Source of the DNA: the human T2T-CHM13v2.0 reference genome, Homo sapiens
Strand: one strand, 5' to 3'
NCBI RefSeq assembly: GCF_009914755.1
Contig: NC_060925.1
DNA length: 64,000 bases
The notes beneath the pieces were generated by a model. The model did not search any database. It was not told where the DNA came from and saw only the letters and a list, made by a program, of their open reading frames with translations. Shown piece by piece: positions 47,799 to 62,524 of this stretch; the stretch's first letter is position 1, and every line of letters starts with the position of its first letter. The position numbers and the translations under genes were made by a program.

Positions 47799-49394
47799 CT
47801 GCAAGAAAAAAAGTAATTACTGAGTATCCTTCAAGGAGTGGAGGGATGACCATAGAGCTAGGGCTGGAGAAGCTTCTGCCAACGGGAAAAGGAAGCTGCT
47901 TCTTCTCTTCTCCTATTTGGCTTCAGAAATGCATGGGATATTTGGGAATCAAAACAGGGGCCCTTCGGTTAGAAACTGAATCCTGTCAGATTCTTCCATG
48001 TTTCCATGTCTAGGATTAATTGAATCCCTGTTACGCCAAAAGTCAGCTTTCATTTTGGATCAGATCACCTCACATGTGAGTTTAAAAACAGAGGGAAGAT
48101 CAGGTTTAAGAAAATGATTCATGATTTATCAATAATTTTCAGACATTTGGGAAGTAACTAGAAAAGATGCATGTGTCCTGATGGAAGTAAACTTCTCTCT
48201 CTGTATTTATTGGCAAAGATAGCAATGAAAGAGGAGCCAGTCAGATAACTACCCACAGCGAGAGGCCTGCAGGGAGCAGGGGTAGAGTGAGTTGGGTTCC
48301 ACCAACTCCCTTTGGCTAATATATTCACCCCCACTAAAAAATATATTGCCAAGATGGAAAATAAACTATACATAGACATTTAGTCTAATCTCATCCTTTT
48401 CTTCTTATAGCTTAGGGTCTATGAATAAAGGATGGATGATATAGGATGGTACAGAGAGACCATTACAGTTCCCCACAATGACAAAAGCCACCAAAGCATG
48501 GCTGGGCCAATTAAAACTACTCAGGGAAGCAAGTAGGGTACGTTTCCAAATTAGTGGGAGCTACCCTACCATATAATCCCAATTCTGTGTCTTAAGCCTA
48601 TAGTTTATTTCTAGCGTCCAGCTCAGTTTTACCTTCTGGATGTCAGACTGTGCCTCACTTGGACACAGTTGTAACTTGATGTCTCATAAATGTGCTCATG
48701 GAAAATTCTATGATATCTTTCCCCTGCCATGGTATGATATCTCTACCCTGCCATGACTCCTTTTGTCACCATGAGGAAGTCACCTGCGTGGTCACTTGCA
48801 GGTGAAGCTGGATCTGTTGAGATGGACTCAGCCATGACCTGGCTTCACCCCTGCCTGTCCCTTTTCTGTAAACCCAGTAGGGCTGGCTATGGAGGCCAAA
48901 GAATCAAATTCATCCTGTCTGAGCCAGTGAAGCATGCTCAGGACTCGTCCTGCCCACTGGGCATTGGGCCATGCTGAGGATGGCTTTCAGGAGAGAGGAA
49001 GAGGCCCCAGTCAAGCAGATGCTGGACAGATGTCAGCAGCACCTAACTCCACTTATAAACCAGGGCAGAGGCTTCCTCTGGGCACCTCTATTGTGTGTGC
49101 TGAAGTTTTACTGTTCAAGCTTTTCCTGCAGCCAGGAAAGAGGCAGACGAGTGAGAGCTCATCCTCTCTGTCCTGCCCGTAGGGGACCAGTCTGTTTAAA
49201 CACATTTTATTACAGAGAGCAGCAGTCACCCTCCAGAATCCAAGGGCACACGCCAGTTTTCCCTCTATGCTCCTTGGTCTGGCAAAGCCAAATATCAGCC
49301 TACAAATAGCCAATGCAGGTTAGGCTACCCCAAAGGCCCATGCATGAGCCCCTATCTAGAAACTCAACCCAGAGGAAGGATTCTTCATTCATCA

Positions 49395-49592
49395 CAGGGG
49401 TTCTTAACCTGGGATTCAAGAGCTCCTGCAGGATCATAAATGTGACCTGGGGCTCAGTAAACTCCCTGAAACATTTTGCAAAAATGTGTGGAGGGAGGTA
49501 ATGCGAAGCAATGGTGCATCTTATAGGAATAGGCTACAAATATTCATCAGATGCTTAAAAGGTTCCATGACCTCTAAGAGATTAAGAACCAC
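49395..49592. mobile_element. hAT-Charlie MITE (MER103-like)
   Basis: Inverted termini caggggttcttaacc / attaagaaccac. Confidence 0.55.
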
Positions 49593-49841
49593 ACACTTAG
49601 TGCTTCCCAGGTCTTTCCAAGAATCCATCCCAACAGAGGAATCTCTTAACTATCACAATTCAGTTCACTTTTCCATTGGGTCTATGTGCTTTTTGGGCCA
49701 TGCTCTCTGGGAGGCCTCCTTCTCTGTACAGATCTTTCAGGGCCTCAGAGCCACCCTACTATAGGGTCTGATGATCACCCTTCCTATTCTTCTCACAGGA
49801 CCTGTGAGAGACTCCCTGAGACAGGAGGAGCAGGATACTCA

Positions 49842-49949
<108 letters not shown>

Positions 49950-50054
49950 CTAGGAGAAAACACAGAGCTAGCCTGGCCCTAGAGATCAAGAAGGTCTAAA
50001 ATGTCAGGCCCCAGGGTAAGTGTGTGTGTGAGCTGGGGGAGGAATTTTAGACCT

Positions 50055-50370
50055 GGGCTGCCATCAGAGGCCACGAGCCATATGTGGCTACTAAGCACTT
50101 GAAACACATCTAAGTCCCAGTTGACACGGGCTCTGAGTGTAAAGATTCAAAGACTTAAAAACAACGAGAAATTGTCAAATATTTCATTAATAAGGTTTTC
50201 TATTAATTATATTTTGAAATAATATTTTGGTTATATTGAGTAAAATAAAAAATACTAGTGAAATTAATTTTACCTATTTTCTTTTTACTTTTCTCATGTG
50301 GCTAGTGGAAGATTTAAAATTACATATGTGACTTGCATTATGGCATTATGTTCCTATTGAATAGCTCTGC
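50055..50370. mobile_element. MER33 hAT-Charlie element filling most of intron 42
   Basis: gccatatgtggctactaagcacttgaaa...atttaaaattacatatgtgacttgcatt. Confidence 0.75.
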
Positions 50371-50443
50371 CTTATGGGGAGGAGAGGCAGGCACAAGAGC
50401 TGATGTTCGGAAGCCTTTCACACGTGGTCTGCAGAGTACCCAC

Positions 50444-50506
50444 CTCTCCAGGGCGAACTCCGACACACAGCCTGTCCACTGCTGGGCTGGAGGTGCCCGG
50501 ATAAAT
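50444..50506 (-). CDS. ABCA4: ABCA4 exon 42 (63 nt)
   Basis: gcag|ATTTAT...GGAGAG|gtgggt; encodes [21 protein letters not shown] (Gly1961 codon is GGA, wild type). Confidence 0.97.
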
Positions 50507-50944
50507 CTGCAAGATATGAAGAAACCGGACTGAGAACTGAGACAGGGTTAGAGCAAGGAGGGGAAGAGGGAACAAAGAGCAAAGGATGGTTTAGGAGAAA
50601 ACTACCAGCACTAGGAGGTTACATATTGACATGGGCAGGCACAGAGGTGTGGTGAGTACTGAGACATCTCGAAGCTGACCCATGCTCTGCAGAAACAGAA
50701 CACAGAAAAGGGAATGATGCTCAGCTGGAGTGATTCTCACTGAGGCCCTGTGTCAGTGCCCGAGATGAATAGCAGGGAACACACATTGGAATTAGATGCT
50801 CTTGGAAGACGAGTTATAACACAGGGATGATGACCCTCCATAAAACTGGGAACCAAATTGCTTGCATAAGCATATCAATTGTTCTATAGAAGGAAAATGG
50901 CAACATCATGCCAACTGTGGATCTAACCAGCACCTCCAAACTCA

Positions 50945-51196
<252 letters not shown>

Positions 51197-52780
51197 TTAA
51201 GACTTAAATTCTAAAAAGGGCTCCCAGCAGGAGAGGCATTAGGCATTAGGTAGAGAGGTCAGGTGCTCATGTCCAGAGTCAGCCTTGGGTTCCAGTCCTC
51301 GCCTCCTCATGTGTGATCTTGGGCATTGGACCTCTCTGAACCTTGCCTACTTCAACCATGTGATGAGGAGGAGGGTAACGATACCTGTCTCATAGGATTG
51401 TGCTGAAGATGAACTCAGCACAGTGCCTGGCACAGAGTAAAGACTCAGGGCCTGGGATCACCGTCAGGACTAAAATGCTTCCTCTACAGCAAGCACTCAG
51501 TAAGGGGTAGTTACTAACCTCCGAACCTCCCACTTCCTCCAGTCTGCCCTGCCAACTCCACCTTTCCAAAACAGAGTTGTCATCAGGCCACCTCATGCCT
51601 CAAAACCTTCTGTCGTTCCCCATCAGCTGTAGGTTGAAGCCCTCCCTCTGCAGCTGTAGTTACAGCCCTGCAATCCAGCCCCACCTACCCTTCTCACTTA
51701 CCTCTTGCACTAACTCCTCTGTCAGCAATTGGCATCTCCCCCTGGTTCCCAGTCCTATTGGTCATTCCCGTCTCCCAGCCTCCGCATGTGTTTCCAGTCC
51801 CTCAATGTTCTCCTCCTCCTGCCCCACCAAATGGAATCTTCCCCATTCTTAAAGACACAGCCTCTTCTTTGAAACCCTCCCTGACCTTCTGGAAGCCAGG
51901 GACTATGGTGTACTTCTCTGGTCCTCTTTAGGCCCTAAAGCAGGCAGGACTCATTCAAATGTGTTGACATCAGAGTTTGAAGCTAATGAGTCAATTTGGG
52001 TAGTCAACCTCCTGACCTGCTCTCTCCCACACAAAAGCCTCTAAAAGGTATGGCCAAGGCTGCAGAAAGGGTCTGCAGGGGCTGAGGGTGCCAAGGACAA
52101 CAATTCCTGACACTGTCTCCCATAACTAGAACTGCTTGTGTATCCTGTTTCATCAGGCGTGTGTTGACACCTGTGATCTCATTCACCTCTCACAGTCCTG
52201 TGAGTAGAAAGGCAGATTCATTTCCAATAAATCAATTCCCTGTGGATCAAAACATAAAACCAAGTCCTTGGAATCTATTTACAGGTGACCACACTCAGCC
52301 TGAGAGGAGGAAAAGTTAAGAAACAAAACACTATTGGGGAAAGCTTGCTAGGAAGGGCTGCTGCTTGGCAATTCAGGCCCCTGGGTGAGGACAATAAAGG
52401 TAGGACTGGATTGCAGAGGGGAGTGAGGCAGGGGCCCACCCAGCTTCAGGAAGAGCCTGCGGAAGAATGGCAATTGCCAGCTAACCTGGCATTTGAGAAG
52501 CCCTGGTCAAAAGTCAGGGTTGGCAGCTACCCACCTTCCTCCAGGAGTGGGGGTCGTGATCACTGCCCGCACCCCTCCACATGGCTCCCATATTACTCCC
52601 ATGCTCCCAAATCTCTAATTAGCAAAGGGGCCTGCTGTGTCCTTTCTCTCATAAATACATTAGTCTATTTCCTAGTACTTTGGATATCCTGTAACCATTG
52701 TTATTTGCAATACTATCATCTAATCAAAATACACATTTGGTAATTAAATGAGAAGGATTAAATATCAGCAATTGAAATTA

Positions 52781-53143
<363 letters not shown>

Positions 53144-53460
53144 TCAACAGGAATTGAGTCCACTTCAGCCGCCCCAGCTCACCCCACAGACCTGGCCACA
53201 GCACAGGGCCCACTAGACCAGGCCTTATGTGGGAACTGAGCAAGAGCCAAACACCCGCCTCATAAGGGCTGCCCTCCATCCCTCCTGTGGCTCCCCAGCC
53301 ATGGAAACAGAGGCACCCTAATCCTCTCCAGCTGGCAGGACACCTTCAGCCCAACAAGGTCCCCTCCTAGCACCAGCCCCTGCCACAGTCTGATGCAGGA
53401 GCCCCCCCGGTAACCCTCCCAGCTTTGGACCCAGGGCCCATGCTCCATGGGCCTCGGCTA

Positions 53461-53646
<186 letters not shown>

Positions 53647-56394
53647 TCAGCAGGTGGGGCCCAGATGCTCTCACAGGACAGCACAGGGCAAGGCCTGCAG
53701 ACAGAGAGTCCTTGCAGCCAGACTGGCCACTGGAGGGATTTGTCCAGCAGAGCATCATGGGTTTGCAATGGAGGTCATGAAGTACTTACAAGCAGTGCCT
53801 CAAGGCCAGGCCAAGGAGCTAATCAATTAAATGACCAATCAAGGACTGGGGCTCCCTGCAAGTTTCTAGTGGGCGGGAGCTGCCCCTTTGTCTAGCCAGG
53901 CAGCATCTTCTAAACATTTACTATGCTTAGTACCATGTGGGCACTAAGGCTAACTGTGAGGAACCTGCATTACTGTCCTTACCCCTCCCCTAGGTGACTC
54001 TGGGGGTGACAGCAGGAATGTGCAGAGAAGCTGCAGCCCTCCTGCTGTCCACTTAGGGAGCTCTCCCTGCAGACTCACTTTGAAACAACAGGAGCCCTCA
54101 AGGCATTTGTTAACACCAGCTGCAGGGGGCCAGCAGGCCCTGAGCCATCTCCAGCTCTGCTTTTCAGCCCCTCACAGGGCAACTACCATTGTCTAGGGAG
54201 AGGAGGGTTGGAGACTCTCTCTGGGGTCTGTGTTAAGCCAGGGACTTGTTTTCAAGTGGTCGGACTTGGCATGTTGGGCAGAGCCTCCCCTGAGAAAATA
54301 AAAGGGACATCGAGGGGTACGAGGCCAGCATAGCTCCTGGCTGGGCCACTGCTGTCCATTCCATCTGGCTCCTCCCAGTCCCACAACCTCCTCCCTCTCC
54401 AGCCTCCACACCTGCGCCCACATTACCTCATCCTTCCCTGCCTACCCTTTCTCCCCACTCTTTCTGGAATCACTGTGCTCTTTGGCCTCTAGGCCTGGGC
54501 ATGTGCAGGCTGTTACCTATTGCTCCAAGCAGGAAAGAATGCTCTTTTCCCTTCTGCTTCCTTAAAGATTCCTGTTCTTCTTTAGACAGCTGGCTCAGAG
54601 AGTGCCTTCCCTTACAAGCCTTCCAAGATTCCCATGAGAAAGTATCCATTCCTCTCTCCCAGCACTTATCACATTCCCATGATTAATTTTTTAAAAATCT
54701 GCCTACTTTCTCTACTAGTCAGTGGGCCCCTGGAGGGTGGGCACTGAGTCCTAATTATTTTTTTGTCCTTCCTAAATACCTGCACAATGATTAGCTCAGA
54801 GTAGGCACTTCATTATTTATTAAATGGGCTAATAGAAATCTACAGGCTGAAATTGAACTTCCTCCACCACGGCTCCCCCAGCCCCTGCAGCCTGGCTCTT
54901 CCCGCTGCCTCTGGCCTGCAGCATGTTATCTGCCTCGCTCCTCTGCTGCTCTGTCACACGCTGTATTATGGAGGATCATACACTGTGGCTTATATCGTTG
55001 CAAACTTCGTGGGCAGGTCCTTTTCCGACTGGAACGGGAGCCTCTGGAGGGCAGGACGAGTGGGCCACGCTTGTTTATATCAGCACACACCTGGCACGTG
55101 GTGTTCAGCTGGTAAAGACCTCCTGATCTCACACGGGCCGGCAGCTGCTGGGAGCTGGGGAGCTTCCTGTGGGATACTGGGGGTTTCCATAGCAGCTGTG
55201 TATCGGATAATTTACATGAAAATACCAGCTTTTTGAAGGCGGGTGCTTAGCAAATGTTGGCTAAATGGGTGCAGCCTCAGAGGGGAAAATGTTCTGAGTT
55301 GCTTTAAGCTGGCTATTTAATTATTCTGAAGGAAAACTGTCTTAAGACTTAGTGGGCTGTGAGCCTGTGGCAAACACAGCTCTGCAAAGCAGCACTTTCA
55401 GTCACCTGGGTGCTCTGGCCATCTGCTGGGGCTGTGTTCTTATCCCCCCGCCTTTCCAGAGTCTGACTCTGACATGCTGAATTTCTTATCATTCATGGGA
55501 CAGATGAGGCTTCATTACTTGCCTAGCAGCCACGAAACCCTAACAAGATCTGGAAAGTCAGTCTCAGGGGTCCACGGGTCTGGGCGGTTCATGGTGGGGC
55601 CTCCGCACAGATTTGTCCTGTGTTCCCCAGTGGGGCCCAGAGGCAGGTGGAGGTGGGTGTGGCAGGGCAGCAGTGCAGATGTGCTGGCCGGTCCCACCCT
55701 CTGAACTGGGAAGAGCTAATGAGGAGAGGAAAGGTTGAGGCGCCTGGGGACACAGGCACGTGGTGAGGCAAATGTTCCAAGGACAGCCACAGCCAGGACT
55801 CAGACACAGCGGTGGGGACTGGGAGTGTGGAGTGTGGAGTAAAGACAGCCCTGCAGCGACTGCCTTCTTTTTTTCCCCCTCTTTTTATGATTCAGTTTGG
55901 CCATCTGTCTCTGGACAGGGGGAGGTCAGGTGGAAGGGACAACTGGGCTTGGCAGCTCATAAAAGTGAGGCATTCAGCATGGAGAACACCCAGTCTCTTC
56001 ATTAAGATTAACTTGCCCAAGGAATAGTATATGTCAGAGTGTTACAATTTCCATAAGAAAGCGGGAGAAAGACCGTATAGGGATCTGCTGATGTGTCTCC
56101 AGAGCACACAGGAAACTCAAGTAAGAGTTTGCTTCTGGAGAAGAGAACTGCATGAGTGGGAAACAGGGGTAGGAAGGAGATTTTTTCATTGTATGCCTTT
56201 TTGTTCCTTTTAGATTTTGAAATTACCCAAATGTATTGATGTGTGTGTGTGTAAAACCCAACACCCAAAGTCCCTGAGAAAACCTTTCTGAAAGAGTAAG
56301 CAAAGCTTAAAGTTTATTGCAAGAATCAAGTTTTGCTTGCAGAATAAACACAGAAAACCATTTCATTCAGAGCACAGAAATGAAAAAGGTGCTT

Positions 56395-56635
56395 ATAGGA
56401 AGGAAAGAAGGAAGATGGAGGGAGGGATGGAGGGAGGATGAAAGGAAAAAGGGAGAGAGGGCAGAAGGAAAGAGGAAGGGAAGGAGGGACGAAGGAAGGA
56501 AGGAAGCAATGAAAAAGGAAGGAAGGAGGGACGGGGGAAGGAGGGAGGAGGGAGGAGAAGAAGGAAAGAGGAAGGAAGGATGGGAGGAAGGAAGGAAGGA
56601 AAGGAGGCAGGGTCGGGGGTAGGGAGGAAGAAAGT
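56395..56635. repeat. GA-rich polypurine low-complexity tract ((GGAA)n-like) in intron 38
   Basis: ~240 bp almost entirely G/A on the + strand. Confidence 0.92.
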
Positions 56636-56751
56636 GGCACTCATCCGCATACAGCTGCTACATGTACGATGCTTGCCCCTGGCTCTGCTTGACCAACACA
56701 TACTCTACTATCCTACTAATCAAACAAAAAAGCCAAGAAAGTTATGCTCAC

Positions 56752-56899
56752 CCGGTTATTCTCAAATAATTCCAAGATGAAGGTAATAGCACTGCTGTTG
56801 ATGCCGATGAACAGATTAGCACAAGATAAAGCCACATAGGCTGTGCTGGGGACATCAAACAGGAAGGATGCTGGGTACATCATGGGAATGACCGCCCAT
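56752..56899 (-). CDS. ABCA4: ABCA4 exon 38 (148 nt)
   Basis: acag|ATGGGC...AACCGG|gtgagc; encodes [49 protein letters not shown]. Confidence 0.97.
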
Positions 56900-57946
56900 C
56901 TGTGTGAAATGAGACAACTCAGAGTGATGGAGTTCCACATTCCATTCCACCTACAATACGTCTGGATATAATGCACTCCCCTTACACCTGAGGTGATGTG
57001 TGTGAACTGGCCAGAGTCCCAGGGGACCAGAGAGATACTCCATTTGTTGGTCTCTGTGCCTCAACTTTAAATGGAGATAATGATGCCTGCCCTGACCACT
57101 TCATGGGGTTTTGTGAGGAGCAAATGGGCTGCTAGCTGTGTATATACTCTGTAAACTACAAAGCCCTGTACAATTCATAGGCGGGTTCTCCAGCCTGCAA
57201 CACCTCCCACTCTAGCCTGGGTCAGCAAAGCCCAGCTGAGGTCATCTCAGATGAGCCCAGTGAGCTCATCTTCACAGCTTATAGTCAGGTTGGTTCCCAA
57301 ATTCTCTATTTCCAAGAGAAAGATGTGGAGAACAATGCTTTGGCAAGGCTCTACTGGCCCACAGAGGAAGGACCAGGATCACTATTTTCTTTTACAGATG
57401 AGGAAACTGAGGCCGAGATGGATGAATTACTCATTCAAATTTACACACGTGGGAAAGAAAGTTGCATGCTGGGCCCTGTAACTCTGCTGATGTAACCCCT
57501 GTGTCATCCTCTGTCCCTGACTCAGGAGGAGCTTTTTGGCCGGAGTCTTCTACTGTGGGCGGTAACTCTTGGCCAGTTCACATGGGGACACTGAGGTGGA
57601 CAGATTGGCCACAGATGAGTGAGAGTCAGAGCTGGGTGAGGGGTTGGGGAATGGCTGCCCCCAGGCTTTGGTCAAGGCCTCAGTTTGAGTAGGAGATTCA
57701 GATCATGTGGGACTTCTCTCATTGTCACTGACAGGACCAGGCCTCAGAGATACCTCTGTCAGTGGAGTCAGAATCAGAAGCCAGACAGATCCCTGGTTAT
57801 CAGCTTCAGACCCTACCTGGGGCCGGAAGCTAAACTTGTGGGTGCTACCACCACAGGACAGCCCAGGTTTTCTGTCAGGAGATGATCCCCCACCCCCACC
57901 ACCAGGCTTCTCTTCAGAGGCATTAGCTAATGGCCCAAACGGCTTA

Positions 57947-58216
<270 letters not shown>

Positions 58217-58625
58217 TTAAGCTGTCACTAGTCCTCCTACCCCACCCCATGCCCTACCTCCCTGCCAAGGGAACCTTTAGTTTGTATCTTTTGAAAGGAT
58301 CAATTACAAAATTCTGCCTGGTCTCTCACTCTTTCTATTTGGTCATAAAGTTTTGTTGATTCTTCTTTCTAAGCATGTCTTCAGAATTCAGAAAAACTTA
58401 AAGCCTAGTTCTTGGCTTCACAAAGCTCAAATAAATAATGATACCCTTTTTAAACAATTTAGTCCTACAGCCACTATACTGGGCACAGAAAGGGGACGGC
58501 AACAGTGGGGTTAGGGGAGGAGCCATGGTGATCAGGAGCAGGGCAAGAACCAGAGACGGGCTTCCTCAGGGGGCAACCTGCCGTGGGGTGTGGAGGCCTC
58601 AACGGGATGAGAAAGATATCCTTAC

Positions 58626-58813
58626 AGGAGGCTGATCTGGTGCAGGGTATCAGAGCCAGAGCAGAACGAGGAGGACCTGCATGCAGCAGAGGCAGCTGGA
58701 GCAGGGAGAGGACGGCATCCACATGGGGAGGGGATGGTGGCAGAGTTGGGCACTGTTCAGGTGTATAGGTCCGGTAGATAAATGAGTTGGGAGTGAGAGA
58801 AGCCAGCGTCTCA
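58626..58813 (-). other. ABCA4: Latent 188-nt pseudoexon in ABCA4 intron 36 (c.5197-750 to -563)
   Basis: aacag|TGAG acceptor and CCT|gtaagg donor; donor +6 falls at -557, the position of a recalled G>T variant. Confidence 0.7.
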
Positions 58814-60085
58814 CTGTTGGAGAAGGGAGTTACAGATGTGGAAAGAAAAAAAACTAGAATGAGCCCTGTGGAGTTGGTTTTGGAGAGCTCATAGTGTTCA
58901 CTGTATAGGTAGATAGAGAACTATAGATAGAGGTGTGTGCATACCTGTGTGTGTACATCCATATCTTCCCTAGTTCTATCACTGAGAAGGCCTGGGACCA
59001 ATGGTGCTCCAGAGGCAATGAACATATCTAGCACTCAGACCTTGGCTTCTGAGGGCCACTTCCCACTGGCAGGAACCAGGGCTTCTTGGGGAGAGGGTAG
59101 GAATGGGGATAATGGAAGGATGAGCCTGGAATATCTTGCTGTGCCATTGAGCATGGAGGAGGTCCAGGGGCATGAGGACCCAAGTCAAGACGATACAGAA
59201 GCCAGCTTCAACGGCCCCCCACTGACCACAGTGGGGATAATGTGAATATCAAAATAAATAATGATAGTCTTGGATCATAGTCCATTGATTAACACATGAA
59301 CCATGACTGCATACAGAGATAAATAAATGGATGAATAAATGGAAAATTGTATAATGAATAGGATATTTATATATCTTTGAAGTGCCTCTACCTGAAATTT
59401 GTATTTATTATAAAGGGGAAAAGAGTAATTTTACAGTGAAGAAGCTCAGCAGACACCTTCTTAAGTGACCGAATTGAACATCATCAGTAACAGAGCAAAT
59501 TGAAATCAGAAGCCACCTGATAGGATGCAGTGAGAACACAGCATCTGTTTGCTGATACTGCTGCCAAGATGCACACCCTCAACCTGGGCAAGAGGAAACC
59601 TCAGACAAGCTCAGACCAAGGGACATTCTGCAAAATAACCAGCCTGCAGTCCTCAAAGTGTCAAGACCATGAGTGTTAACAAAAGACTGTGGAACTCTTC
59701 CAGGCTGAACGAGACTAAAGAAACAGCACAATCAAATGTCATGCATGATTCTGAGCTAGATCCTTTTTTCTGAAAGACATCACTGGGGCAATGGGCGAAA
59801 GAGGAGTGGGGTGTGAGGATTAGGTGGTGATGACACATCAGTGCTGGTTTCCTCATGTTGACAGTTTGTGTTGTGGTTGTATGGGGTGTATCCTCGTTTG
59901 TAGGAAGTATACATCGGACGTGCTGAGGGGTGTGAGAGAGAGAGACAGGAAGAGAGAAATAAATGAGAAGGGGCATCTTGCTGAGAAGTTACTTTCAAAT
60001 GACTAAGAAAAAAAGGTTTCAACTGTACTTGTGACTTTTCCATAAGTCTGTAACTGTTGCAAAATTTTAAAGTAAAGAAAAATAG
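58700..60085 (+). mobile_element. L1MC4-like 3' region in intron 36
   Basis: Clear homology to 27780-29270 (gaacatcatcagtaac...ttgaaatc...taggatgcagtgagaacacagc). Confidence 0.7.
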
Positions 60086-60389
60086 ATGACACATATAAGA
60101 ATTTAAAACATCATATATGTGCTAAGTGAATTACATAAGCAATAATTGTTTGTTCCTTCATTCAACTTTTTTTTTGCCACTGGCTAATGGTGGTCCTAAG
60201 TTCCAAAATGATGGATCGCGGAGGTGAGATTCCAGGCCAGCTTTAAAATTCTGGAGCATCAGAAAGCCTGCTAACATGATGCCTACCATCTTCTACCCCT
60301 TCATTGGACTGCCAGCTAGTATCACCTCCCACCTCAGATGTCCACTCTATCCTAGCTACATCTCTCTCCATAGGCTCAGAGATCCCTGT

Positions 60390-60431
60390 AAGCGCACACG
60401 CGCGTGCGTGCACACATACACACACACACAG
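60390..60431. repeat. (CG)/(CA)n alternating purine-pyrimidine tract
   Basis: gcgcacacgcgcgtgcgtgcacacatacacacacacaca. Confidence 0.85.
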
Positions 60432-60580
60432 AAACACGTGGGCCAGCCCCAAGTGTGTAAATTCTATTTCTTATCTTTTAAAAAAAGTAAAATTAAAAGC
60501 CTCCGCACTTTTCTAAGTAACTTTTCGGTACCGGTGGGCCTAGCTCCTTTTATATTAGCATCACAGGGCCAATGTGGTAC

Positions 60581-60653
60581 CTGCAGTTGATGCTCTTATC
60601 CAAAGAAAGGCTTTCAGGTTCTGACCTCCTCCCCGTGCATTTATGAGTGTTTC
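60581..60653 (-). other. ABCA4: Latent 73-nt pseudoexon in ABCA4 intron 36 (c.5196+1140 to +1212)
   Basis: Pyrimidine tract plus acgag|GAAAC acceptor and CAG|gtacca donor. Acceptor -3 falls at +1137 and donor +4 at +1216 from exon 36, the positions of recalled deep-intronic variants. Confidence 0.88.
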
Positions 60654-60736
60654 CTCGTGTAGACAGAAGAGAGAGGAAATAATTTAGTTGCTACTGATAA
60701 TCTCTGGTTTTGTATTGTTAAGTGATAGCTGCTTAC

Positions 60737-60913
60737 TAAGCTGAGTAAGATAGAAATCATATCTTCAGGAATTCCAATATTCACCATCATTTTAAAAAAC
60801 CATGGATGAGAAGGTCATTTGTGTTGGTCTCCATCAGTTGGTATATCTTATCATCACATGAAATGGAGGCTCATGTTGGTCTTAAAATGTTGAGATTTTA
60901 CTACTCAAGACAC
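60737..60913 (-). other. ABCA4: Latent 177-nt (or 129-nt) pseudoexon in ABCA4 intron 36 (c.5196+880 to +1056 or +1008)
   Basis: ttctag|GTG acceptor at 60913; donors TTA|gtaagc at 60737 and ATG|gtgaat at 60785. Confidence 0.8.
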
Positions 60914-61159
60914 CTAGAATAAATTGGGGTTGATGTCATAATGATCCCTGTTACATTATAACTAGGCCTTTACTACCAATTCCTTTGACCCTGCAGCCTG
61001 TAATAGGGTACGCTATCCTGACCCCTCCCTACCCCCACCAACCTTGGTTGTCAGGAAGGTGGTAGTGTGCTATTGATTTAATAAATATTTTTTCTTCATT
61101 TTTCCCTGTAGCGGTGGTTAATCTAATAAGTGAAGGTCTTATTATTTTGGCCACTGGCT

Positions 61160-61367
61160 GGGGTTGCCAGATTTGGCAAATAAAAATCTAGGATGCCTAG
61201 TGAAATTTGAGTTTCAGATAAACAACCAGGTTTTTTTTTTTTTTTTTTTTTTTTTTAGTGTAAATATGTCCTGTGCAATATTTGAAGTAGCATATGCTTA
61301 TACTAAAAATTATTCATCATCTGAAATTAAATTTAACTGGGTGTCCTGTATTTATCTGGCGACCCTA
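61160..61367. mobile_element. MER53 palindromic MITE with expanded poly(T)
   Basis: Long inverted arms gggttgccagat...aaatttgagtttcagat / atctgaaattaaattt...atctggcgaccc. Confidence 0.85.
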
Positions 61368-61597
61368 CCACAGGGAAAGTTTTACCTTTACCCTTTTGAA
61401 GGTGGGGCAGGATTTGAGAAGGGGACTTGGGGTGAAAGACCCCTTCATATTACCTTCTCAGCGCCAGACTGATGCCAGGAAGGCCAGACTCATGCCTGCG
61501 GTGCAGTGATTATTTGATGGGTCAGAAGACCCCTCAGTGCAGGACATAGAGAGCCCCCGTTCACCAGTTGTTAAGCTGCACCCCACAGCCTTTCCTA

Positions 61598-62041
<444 letters not shown>

Positions 62042-62524
62042 TCAGGCTTTGGGAAGGCCTTACACCCGCCCAGGTGTGGCCTCCAGGTTCCTCTTCTCTA
62101 CCTTGAAGCTGTCACTCCACTAAACTGTCTTAATCCATATGGACCAAGGTTAAATGGGTATTTGCGGGTTGCCTTTCTATTTCATGTGAATATTTCTAGA
62201 CAACCTTTCTTTTTATTATATTCTCTAATTATTTTTATGGTGTATAGAAATAGATGTTTATATTAATCTTATGTACTGCAATGCTCTCATTAGCTCTAAT
62301 AATCTGTCTATAGAGTCTCTTGAATTTTCTATGTTGACAGACATACGGTCTGTGAGATTTATCTTTTGTTAATAATCATCTTGTTAAATCACATTTTCAA
62401 GAAGTACATCGTAACACAAGGAAATGTTCATGATGTAAATTTAAGTGAAAAGAGGGCAGGCAAGTTGTACAGGGACTTGGCTCTATTTATTCTTTCCTCG
62501 GACAAATAGAAGGCATCTGGCTGA

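Noticed and set aside
56317-56701. ORFs rich in E/G/R/K or P/S/F/L
   Set aside because: Translations of the GA-rich simple repeat.
61260-61320. Possible miR-1302-like miRNA from MER53
   Set aside because: The segment corresponding to the recalled mature sequence is diverged, including the seed, and the loop is expanded by poly(T).
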